A stretch of 64,000 bases of DNA from an uncultured delta proteobacterium. GTDB lineage: Bacteria > Myxococcota_A > Polyangia > Polyangiales > Polyangiaceae. The position numbers were made by a program, and so were the translations under genes. How positions within the stretch are numbered: the first letter of the stretch is position 1; each line of letters starts with the position of its first letter. The stretch spans positions 822,523 to 886,522 of the forward strand of contig CAVOKF010000008.1 in NCBI GenBank assembly GCA_963696385.1. The letters are read 5' to 3'. The notes beneath the pieces were generated by a model. The model was not told the origin of the DNA. It did no database searches and worked only from the letters and a program-made list of their open reading frames with translations. Shown here piece by piece: positions 55,896 to 64,000 of this stretch.

Positions 55896-57370
55896 CATAA
55901 GTTGGTACTTAGGGATTCGGGATGGCGCTCGCTACCACACAAGTGCGAGTGGCTCGAGGCCCATAGCGAGACGACCGCGCTTTCGATCGCGAGCAGGATG
56001 AGCGCGGCGCGCGTTGGAATCGAGAAACTTGAGCGTTTCGGCGAGGGCACGACGTAGTTGGCGCGGCGAGTCGAGAAGGCCGCGGAGGACATCGTCGAAG
56101 TAATGCTTGCCGGACGCGGCGGCTCGCTGGGTCGAAAGCTCCACCCCCAGCGACGCTTCCGCGAAGTGTGCGAGCGAGCGTTTCAGAAGGGCTGCGAGCA
56201 GGCTCGCCCATATCATCGCTTTCGCGATAGCGGCCTTGCCCGTATCGAAGGCATGAAGGTTGGCGTGGGATTTGAACTCTTTGAACAGGAGTTCCACCTG
56301 CCAGCGGAGGCGATACAAGCCGGCCACGTCGGCGGCGGAGAAGCGCTTGCGAGCGAGGTTGCTGTGCAGGTACACGAACGTCTTCGCGTTGCGCTTGCCG
56401 CGCTTGTAGATCGCCACAATTCGCCCGCGATACACGAATGAATTCGCCTGCCATTCGATGTCGAGATCGACCGTCTGGGCCGGAAGCAGGTCCCAGTTCA
56501 ACTTCTGGCCGAGCAACTTGGGGATGGATTTGCCGGCGCTGTCGAAAGCGGCCCGAATGGTGGGTCGAATGTTTTTGGTTCCGCGGACGATGAAGGCGCC
56601 GCCCGCTTGGTCGACGTCGAAAAAGAATGTTCGCTCCTCGTACCCTCGGTCGGCCAGAAAGAGCCGCTCGCGAAGACTCGCGGCCTCGGGACGGTAGGTT
56701 CGCTCGGTCTCCTTGTCGGCCGTCAGGGCGACGATGCGCACATCGTCTTGGAGCAGACTCATCGTGACGTGCAGTTCCACGGCGGCTGGCGAGATTTTTG
56801 TAAAGCGGCCCGGCCATGTGCCTTTCAAGTCGTCCTTGAGCGCGAACGACGTCCCGTCGTGAATGACAATGTCCCGAAAGGTCGACAGTTTGGGGGACAC
56901 GGCGTGCAGAACCGGCTGGCTCATCTTCTGTACCGTCGCTTCCAGCAGCATCCGAAACATCTCTGGAAAGGACGCTTGCGCGAGCCGGTTGTGAAAGGGC
57001 TTATATCGCAGCGAAAGGCCCGCGAATTTCCGGAACGTCCGCAGAATATCGGCCAACCACTTGGCGTGGCCCGACCCGAGCGTGGACAGCACCGCCACGA
57101 CCATCGCCAGCGGCATCACCTTGCGCACGCGCCGTAGCCAGCCGCTACGTCTCGCGATCGCGGTCACCTGCTCCTCGCCGAGTACTTCCGTAAGCCGTTT
57201 CGCATACACGCCGACTTCGGCGCGTGTACCGTTCGATCCGTGCATCGGGGTCTCCTTTCGCGTGTCCACAACACCGCGTCTAGAGAATCCCCGATGCCTT
57301 TGACTACCCCATTCGTGCACTATGCACGTCAGTGATCGACATCACTCGAGAAATAAAGATCCTACCTATG
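55896..57370 (-). mobile_element. Complete IS4-family insertion sequence (1475 bp) with 10-bp target duplication
   Basis: Imperfect terminal IRs CATAAGTTGGTACTT / CATAGGTAGGATCTT; direct repeat AACGGGTTAT at 55886-55895 and 57371-57380. Confidence 0.92.
55932..57245 (-). CDS. IS4-family DDE transposase
   Basis: IHDGTS, LADRGY, YRLRWQVELLFKEFKS (YREK); AAGGAG RBS before ATG 57245. Confidence 0.93.
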   Translation of the reverse strand: MHGSNGTRAEVGVYAKRLTEVLGEEQVTAIARRSGWLRRVRKVMPLAMVVAVLSTLGSGHAKWLADILRTFRKFAGLSLRYKPFHNRLAQASFPEMFRMLLEATVQKMSQPVLHAVSPKLSTFRDIVIHDGTSFALKDDLKGTWPGRFTKISPAAVELHVTMSLLQDDVRIVALTADKETERTYRPEAASLRERLFLADRGYEERTFFFDVDQAGGAFIVRGTKNIRPTIRAAFDSAGKSIPKLLGQKLNWDLLPAQTVDLDIEWQANSFVYRGRIVAIYKRGKRNAKTFVYLHSNLARKRFSAADVAGLYRLRWQVELLFKEFKSHANLHAFDTGKAAIAKAMIWASLLAALLKRSLAHFAEASLGVELSTQRAAASGKHYFDDVLRGLLDSPRQLRRALAETLKFLDSNARRAHPARDRKRGRLAMGLEPLALVW

Positions 57371-57727
57371 AACGGGTTATATGTGACCGCCGCGGTTTCC
57401 GCGGCTCTTCGTTGATCGATACGCTTTCGACCGGCTACTCGCCGAAGTGCGCGTGCGGTTGCGGTTGCTAATGGATTCCCTCGTGCCTCCAGGCGCGCGA
57501 CCCTCAAACATCCGCCCATTATGTCTTTCAAAGCGAACAGATCAAGCGGAAGCCACCAGCCTCTCCGAAGAGCAAATGGGAGCGCGTGAGTGCCGACAAC
57601 TCCGGTCTCTTGCGACTCGTTCTCGGTCTGCTATAGAGGACTTGTGTCTCATCCGAGGCCATTAAGCGACAGCGGCCCTGCGCCGGCCGACGTGGCTTCG
57701 CGGCTCGATCGGCTCCTATTGAGCCGC

Positions 57728-57904
57728 ATGGGAGGCGTCAACGCGGGTCTTCTGGCCCTGCGCCTATGGTTCGGCGGTGTGTTGGCCCTCTCCCATGGAT
57801 GGACCAAGCTCGAAGCACCTGCCAAGTTTCTTGCCGGCCCGGGCCGGTACTCGCTCGACGCGACCCTCGTTCGCGCGGGCATCGCCAGGAGGGTCCCTTG
57901 GTAA
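57728..57904 (+). pseudogene. DoxX-family remnant with internal deletion
   Basis: N-terminal GLLALRLWFGG...SHGWTKL joined directly to the C-terminal GPGRYSLD motif. Confidence 0.6.
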
Positions 57905-58349
57905 GGGCCGACGGCGCTGCGGCAGCGGCTCGGCGCACGCCGGAGGCGGATCGCTCGGCGGGGCGCGGCGCCTTCCCAACCGTCGCCTCCGTGCGCTGGG
58001 CGATCCTCTTTAGCCTCCTGGCCGCGGCGCTGACCGTGGGTGCGATGGTCGTGATCGACGCGATCTGGGGCCCGCAATAGGTCGGAAAAGACCGGTACGA
58101 CGAACCACGAAAAACGGCCCGCGCAAAAAAGGGTAAGCGCGTCCCTGTTCAGGAGGGGAAACGCGCGGCGCGAATCCTGCCGTCGTGCTGGATCGGCGCA
58201 CTTCACCACTGTCTTCTATTCAGTTGACACGTCTTGTTACAAGGACGACACTGCTGCTCGTGGACCGAGGGCCCTCGCGCGACTGCTGCGGCAGGCCCAT
58301 TTCCCTGAGCGACCTCGGGCCTCGTCGCGATTCCCAACTGGAGGGCACT

Positions 58350-59906
58350 ATGCGCAAAACGTCTGGGTTCGAACTGCTCCCCATCGGGATATTGGCTGCG
58401 GCCGGCATCGCGGCGGGCTTGTTTTTCGTCTCGCCAGCGCGTGCGGACGCCGTCACGGATTGGAACGAGTTTACGGTGGAAGCGACCAAGGGATTCGATG
58501 GATCCGCGGTCAGCGCGGCAGTGACGCTGGACACGAACGTGAGCTCCGAGGTCGAAGCGATCGAGGCGCGAGCGGTGTTCGACGCCGTCAATTCGATCGA
58601 TCACTTCAATAGCGGCAGCTACTACTACAGTGCGACGAACTCGGGGTCGGTCGCCGCTGCGGCGGCCCAGGCCGCGCACGACGCGATTCAGGGCGAATTG
58701 CCGAATCCGGCGACGAATACGGCGGCCGCTGCAGGATGGACCCTGGTCCGGACCTGGGTGGACTCCCAGCTCACCAGCTATCTGACGGCGCTCGGCGTCT
58801 CCAGCTCGGACGGAGGCATCGCGGCCGGCCAGGCGGCGGCCGCAGCGGCCATCGCCGCGCGGATCATCGACGGGGCCGCGCCCACGACCGTGTACGGATC
58901 GCAGCTTACGCCCACCACGAACCCCGGCATCGGGCTGTGGCGTCAGAGCAACGCCGGTGCACCCTTCGTGAATTTCACGACGGGCGCGCCGACTGGTTTC
59001 GACTCGACCGGCACCGTGATTCAAGGCAAGCCCGGCATCGACCTGAACTGGCGGGACGTGTCTCCCTTTGGCCTCACGACGCAGGAGGTGACTCTCCTCT
59101 CGCGCCTGCTCCCTTTGGCGCCCGTAGTGGGCAGCCGGGAGTACGACGCAGAGCTGAGCTATGTGAGCCAGATCGGCAAGGACACTTCGAGCACTCGTAC
59201 GGCCGACGAGACCGCGCAAGCCCTATTTTACAAGCAGGACGTCGAAATCCTCCTGAACCAAGCCGCTCAGATCGCGTCGAGCGCCCGGGGACTGACGATT
59301 GACCAAAACGCGACGCTGTTCGCGTTGCTCGACACGGCCGTGGCGGACGCCCGGATCGGCGCCTGGACTTCGAAATACGAGCAGAAGTTCTGGCGACCGA
59401 TCACATCGACGAACGCCAACAGCGACGGAAGCGTGACCAACGACTACGTCGTCTTTCATCCCTTGGCGGCGACACCCTCGCATCCGTCGAACACATCGGG
59501 ACATAGCGCGACGGCGGCCGCGGCGGCCGAGATTCTCCGGGCCTATTTCGGCGACAAAGTCCACGCGGATGGGAGCCCTGTCACGCTGGGGTCGCTGGCT
59601 TGGCTCGTCGGGACCAACGACGGCACGGGCAACGTCACCACGCGGTCGGTTTCCACGTTTACGCAGATCCAGCTCGAGACCGGCGCAAGCCGGCTCTATC
59701 TCGGCGTGCACTACGGATACGACAACTTGCAGGGGCAGCTTCTCGGTCTGGAGGTCGCGGACGCGATCCTGCGGTCGCGCGATCCCGCGGCGCAAGGCCT
59801 GAGAGTTCCGGACTCTCCGGCCTCCCTGTTCAACCTGGAGCGAACGCTCTTGGCGCGACCGGATCTGTACGGGCTCTATGGGAAGGACACTGGGCCGCGG
59901 CGGTGA
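58350..59906 (+). CDS. Secreted vanadium-dependent haloperoxidase/PAP2-superfamily protein
   Basis: Signal peptide ending ARA-DAVTDWN; KYEQKFWRP, TPSHPSNTSGH and SRLYLGVHY motifs. Confidence 0.85.
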   Translation: MRKTSGFELLPIGILAAAGIAAGLFFVSPARADAVTDWNEFTVEATKGFDGSAVSAAVTLDTNVSSEVEAIEARAVFDAVNSIDHFNSGSYYYSATNSGSVAAAAAQAAHDAIQGELPNPATNTAAAAGWTLVRTWVDSQLTSYLTALGVSSSDGGIAAGQAAAAAAIAARIIDGAAPTTVYGSQLTPTTNPGIGLWRQSNAGAPFVNFTTGAPTGFDSTGTVIQGKPGIDLNWRDVSPFGLTTQEVTLLSRLLPLAPVVGSREYDAELSYVSQIGKDTSSTRTADETAQALFYKQDVEILLNQAAQIASSARGLTIDQNATLFALLDTAVADARIGAWTSKYEQKFWRPITSTNANSDGSVTNDYVVFHPLAATPSHPSNTSGHSATAAAAAEILRAYFGDKVHADGSPVTLGSLAWLVGTNDGTGNVTTRSVSTFTQIQLETGASRLYLGVHYGYDNLQGQLLGLEVADAILRSRDPAAQGLRVPDSPASLFNLERTLLARPDLYGLYGKDTGPRR

Positions 59907-59945
59907 TGGCCAGGCCGCCTCCAGTCAAGCCCGATTCCGACTGCC

Positions 59946-60774
59946 ATGGCTGTCGCTCACCCTCTCACGCAGTCATGCTTCATCGGTCACGGTGCGTGGG
60001 GGGTCCTCACCAAGGCGGGATGGCTGCCTTTTTATGGCGCGTTGGGTATCTCCCCGTCGGTGGCTTGGAAGACCATGCCCTTCGTCGGGGCAGTGGATAT
60101 CACGCTGGGTGCGGCGGTACTGGTGTTTCCTTGCCGAGCGCTCCTCGGATACATGGTTCGGTGGACTTTATTCACAGCGCTCTTGCGGCCATGGGCTGGC
60201 CTGGGGTGGTGGGAGTTTTTCGAGCGCGCCGGCAACTATGGACCCCCCCCTCGCCCTTCTCGTGGCGGCGAGCCAACCAAGCGTTCGTTGGTTCCAGCGG
60301 ATCGAGGCCCGACCCGTGCGGCCCGCGGCGGTTGGCCGGGTGGCATGGGTTCTTCGGGTGTCCATTGCGCTTCTGTTGCTCGGTCACGGGGGGTTCGCAC
60401 GGATTCAGGAAAAGAGAGTCCTCATCGACCACTGGCAGTCGATCGGGGTTCCTGCCGGCCGGGTGTTCTTGCACTGGCTCGGCGGGATCGAAATGGCGGT
60501 GGCCCTCGCGGTCTGCTTCTGGCCGTCGCGATTTCTCCTGTTGGGAATCGGCACATGGAAGATCGCGAGCGAGCTTCTTTACCCGATTTCGGATCGTCTC
60601 AGGGACACGTGGGAGTGGGTCGAGCGCGGCGGAGATTACCTATGTCCGTTGGCGCTCCTCGCCGTCTTGGCTCTGCTGGACCGACACACGGCGAGCGACA
60701 GCGTAACGGCCGGGCGCGCCGTCGCCACGCCGGAAACGGCGCCGACGCCCTACCCATCCGGCCTGCATCGTTAG
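59946..60774 (+). pseudogene. Membrane protein with two tandem DoxX-like halves, frameshifted at a C8 run (60243-60250)
   Basis: Half 1 CFIGHG...EFFERAGNYG and half 2 LLLGHG...EWVERGGDY lie in different frames; 5' end unclear. Confidence 0.6.
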
Positions 60775-60841
60775 CCTGGACACGTGGGAAGGGCGTTCCG
60801 TCGCCCCATTCGTCCGGAGTGCGTCACGAAGGAGAACGACG

Positions 60842-61794
60842 TTGGAAACGCGAAAATTGGTTCGCTGGCCGTGTCGGTGGTCGGGCTGGGGTGCAACAAC
60901 TTCGGCGTGCGACTCGACCCGGCGCGCACGGCGCGAGTGGTCGACGCCGCGATCGATGTCGGAATTACGTTCTTCGACACGGCCGATCGCTACGGCGAGA
61001 CGCGTAGCGAGGAGTATCTCGGGCGGGCCCTCGGCGAGCGCCGCAAATCCGTCGTCGTGGCGACGAAGTTCGGCTCGAAAGTCGATGACTCCCGGCAGGG
61101 CGCAAGGCCCGAATACGTGCGACGTGCGCTGGAAGACAGCTTGCGGCGCCTGGGAACGGATTGGGTCGATCTGTATCAATTGCACCGTCCGGACCCCGGC
61201 GTTCCGATCGCCGAAACGCTGGGAGCGCTGAACGATCTGGTCGCTGCGGGAAAGGTGCGCGAGATTGGGTGTTCGAACTTCACGGTGGAGCAGATCCGAT
61301 CGGCGGAGGGCGGGCGCCCTCCGAGCGCTGCGCGGTTCGTCAGTCTCCAAAACGAGTACAGCTTGCTCCACCGGGAGCCGGAGCGAGCCGTTTTGGCAGA
61401 GTGCGTCGCGCGCGGTATGGCGTTTCTGCCGTATTTCCCACTCGCAAGCGGCCTGCTGACGGGCAAGTACCGGCGTGGAGAGGTCCCGCCCGCCGGAACG
61501 CGTCTGTCGGATCCGGCTGCACGATTCGCGACGAGGTTTCTGAACGAAGCGAGACTCACCCTTTCGGACCGGTTGGCCGCGTTCGCGGCGTCGCGGGGTC
61601 ATACCCTGTTGGAATTGGCGCTTTCCTGGCTGGTCGCACGACCCGGCGTGGCTTCGGTGATTCCCGGCGCCACGACGCCGCAGCAAGTGCAATCGAACGT
61701 CGACGCCGCACGCTGGGAGCTCACCGGCCCCGACCTCGTTGAGGTGGATCGGCTGACGACGTCGCTCGACGCGGCATCGACGCACGCAGCCTGA
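60842..61794 (+). CDS. Aldo/keto reductase; probable start TTG 60842 with a frameshift in the A4 run at 60853-60856
   Basis: GLGCNNFG, FFDTADRYG, VATKFG, DLYQLH, IGCSN, PLASGLL. The GGAGA RBS precedes METRK in the neighbouring frame. Confidence 0.9.
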
Positions 61795-61907
61795 GGTTAC
61801 GACGACCGGCGGTGGCTGTCGTCCGACCTTGCGCATGCGTGTCCTGTATGATAGACGTGGCGACGGGCAAGGGCGCGCGCCGCGCGACCGAAGCGAAAGG
61901 TGAGAAC

Positions 61908-62630
61908 ATGAGTCGAGCAGCGAACAGTCTCGGTCCGAAAGCCGTCGCGTTCGTCAAGAGGGCCACTGAGGAGGCCGAGCTCGCGTTTCGAGTCTTTCGC
62001 GAGACGGGGACGATCACCGCCAATGGGACCGTGGGGTTCGTCGAGCGCATCCCGGGGGAGAGCAAGTTTGTCGCGATTCATGACCCGGGCCCCTTCGAGC
62101 GCGGGAAGGCGCTCGTGCCCCGCGTATTTGGCTTCGACGGCACCGCCTATCTCGGCGAGGCGGGTGGGGGCGGCCAGGGCCGCTACTCGAAAATCCTCGA
62201 GCAGCACCCCGACATCACGACCGTTTCGCACGTCCATTCGCCGTGTTTGGGTGCGTGGGCGCAAACCCAGCGGACCTTGCCCATTCGCTACGTACCTGTG
62301 CAGCGGTATCTTCTCAGCCGCGAGATACCGGTCTACTTGGATCGACGCCAGGCCGAGCAGGACTTCATTCTCGATCGGCTTCAGATCGATCCGCACACTC
62401 CGGCCATTCTGGAGGCGAACGGAGGCGCGACGGTTTGGGGCAAGGGCGGTCTGCGCAAGACCGCCGAGTTCATTCTGATTCTCGAAGAAGGCGCGCGCCT
62501 TCAGCTCCTCGCCGAGAGCCTTGGTGGGTCGCGCGACTACGGTCCCGGGGTCCTGGCGCAGCAGTTCAAGATGAGCGGGTTGACCGAGCAGGCGCGCGCC
62601 TTGGGCTTCTTGCCGCATGCCGGCCATTGA
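61908..62630 (+). CDS. Class II aldolase/adducin-fold protein 2 (atypical)
   Basis: HPDITTVSHVHSP.LGAWAQ, ILEANGG...WG, ILEEGA. Confidence 0.78.
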   Translation: MSRAANSLGPKAVAFVKRATEEAELAFRVFRETGTITANGTVGFVERIPGESKFVAIHDPGPFERGKALVPRVFGFDGTAYLGEAGGGGQGRYSKILEQHPDITTVSHVHSPCLGAWAQTQRTLPIRYVPVQRYLLSREIPVYLDRRQAEQDFILDRLQIDPHTPAILEANGGATVWGKGGLRKTAEFILILEEGARLQLLAESLGGSRDYGPGVLAQQFKMSGLTEQARALGFLPHAGH

Positions 62631-62725
62631 CCGAGAGCGTCGACGCTTTGAGCCTGGGTCCGGATCCGAAGATCGGGCCGTGACCACGAAACGACCTCCA
62701 AGGTTTCTCGATCGGAGAAAACTCC

Positions 62726-63796
62726 ATGACCGCGTTGGACACCCTATGGTTCACCCGCTGCCCCGTTCCCACGGCCACAGGCCTGGCCTACAAGCTTGGC
62801 TGGCTCGATGACGAGTTCAAACCAGACGGGATTCGGGTTCGAACCTTGCAAGATGCAGGCGGCGAGCTCGCCCGGCATCATTACGACCACGAGCTGCCAA
62901 CGCTGATTCGCGAGGGCGGCAATCTTCTTGCTATCCCCGCGAAGGCTCAAGGAGCCCCGTCGCGGCTCGTCGGCCTGACATGGATCGACGAGTGGCAGTC
63001 GATCCTCGTGCGGCCCGGCGAAGCCATAACCTCGCCGGAGCACTTGAAAGGCAAGCGACTCGCGCTACCTGCCTTTCGTGCCTCCGACCTCGCCGAAAAT
63101 CGCCGTGGTCGCAGCATTGCGCGAGGCATGAGCCTCGCGGGCTACAAGGGCGCGCTCGCGTCGGTCGGCCTGACGCTCGACGACGTTCGACTCGTCGAGG
63201 TCGGGCGCGGTGCTTCCGACAATCGGCGCGACGGCCTCGGCGGGATCTGGGAGGGGCTGGATCCGCTCATCAAGGGCGAGGTCGACGCGGTCTACGTAAA
63301 GGGCGCTTCGGCGGCGGATGCCGCACGCCGCCATGGGGCCGTCGTCGGGATCGACCTCGATCGGCTTCCGGAACGCCGCTTTCGCGTGAACAACGGGACG
63401 CCGCGCCCCATCACCGTGCACGAGAGCCTTCTGGCCGACCACTTCGACCTGCTTGTGCGCTTCCTCTACCAGACTCTTCGTGCTGCCGAATGGGCCAAGA
63501 CCAACGTCGAAGGAGTTCACAAGGTTCTGCAAGGTGAGACGCGCGCCAGTTCGCAGGGGGTCGAAGAGGCCTATCGCGGCGGCTTTCATCTTGCGCTTGC
63601 GCCGGACCTATCGAGCGAGCGCGTCGCGCTTTTCCGGCAGCAGAAGGACTTTCAGCTCACCTATGGTTTTCTCGATCGCGACTTTGATTACGATGCATGG
63701 ATCGACGATCGACCCCTCCGGGCGGCGCAGGAGCGACTGCGGGCGCGCGCGGCGTCGAGAGGGCCTGTGCCGGAAAGTCAGGACCTCCGAGTCTGA
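62726..63796 (+). CDS. DszB-like protein 3
   Basis: LWFTRCPVPTA, RHHYDH...IREGGN, LKGKRLALP, NNGTPRPITV; no signal peptide. Confidence 0.78.
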   Translation: MTALDTLWFTRCPVPTATGLAYKLGWLDDEFKPDGIRVRTLQDAGGELARHHYDHELPTLIREGGNLLAIPAKAQGAPSRLVGLTWIDEWQSILVRPGEAITSPEHLKGKRLALPAFRASDLAENRRGRSIARGMSLAGYKGALASVGLTLDDVRLVEVGRGASDNRRDGLGGIWEGLDPLIKGEVDAVYVKGASAADAARRHGAVVGIDLDRLPERRFRVNNGTPRPITVHESLLADHFDLLVRFLYQTLRAAEWAKTNVEGVHKVLQGETRASSQGVEEAYRGGFHLALAPDLSSERVALFRQQKDFQLTYGFLDRDFDYDAWIDDRPLRAAQERLRARAASRGPVPESQDLRV

Positions 63797-64000
63797 GACG
63801 GCCGGTCGACGGGTTCCGCCCTGTCGGCGGCGACGCGCAGCCTCACAATGGAATGTGGCTGCGATCCCGAGTTGGCGCATCGAGCCGATGGCTGGCCTCG
63901 CCAGGAGCGCCGACCCGCCGGCGAGATTCACCGTGTCGTGCAGCTTTCCCACGGCAAAGAGCGACGTTGCGCCGCCGTCCAGGGCCGTCCGAAAGACCTG

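Noticed and set aside
58081..58349. Possible riboswitch (SAM or c-di-GMP) upstream of the haloperoxidase-like gene
   Set aside because: Conserved core motifs not found by eye; an Rfam/Infernal scan would settle it.

Overview
GC-rich bacterial DNA, most consistent with Myxococcota (Polyangiaceae-like): it carries a MYXO-CTERM-like tail and a Ser/Thr kinase-FGE fusion. A ~30 kb housekeeping block (Memo-like protein, mgtE, purMN, dapED, ndk, sucDC, mdh, icd, fabI, RsmB, YgiQ, cls, thiC, kinase) is bracketed by two outward-pointing tRNA genes, tRNA-Gly(GCC) at 8233-8304 (-) and tRNA-Phe(GAA) at 38195-38267 (+). Accessory DNA lies beyond the 3' end of each tRNA. The left region has a translationally coupled three-gene module (small unknown protein, QatC/QueC-like enzyme, XRE-HTH/ImmA-IrrE metallopeptidase fusion). 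The last gene is missing from the supplied ORF track, and the module sits behind a promoter studded with TGACA boxes; it is a candidate non-canonical defence system. The right region is an apparent organosulfur-scavenging island: Yej-like ABC importer, SfnR-like sigma-54 activator, TonB-dependent receptor, three signal-less DszB-like proteins, a DszA/NtaA-type monooxygenase, two atypical class II aldolase-fold proteins and a secreted vanadium haloperoxidase/PAP2-like protein. Many of these proteins are almost devoid of Cys and Met, while a 9-bp repeat in front of the monooxygenase reads as a Cys-rich leader. Two IS elements and several gene remnants are present. Several single-base frameshifts, mostly in homopolymers, may be sequencing errors. 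All calls come from motif reading by eye, not database searches.
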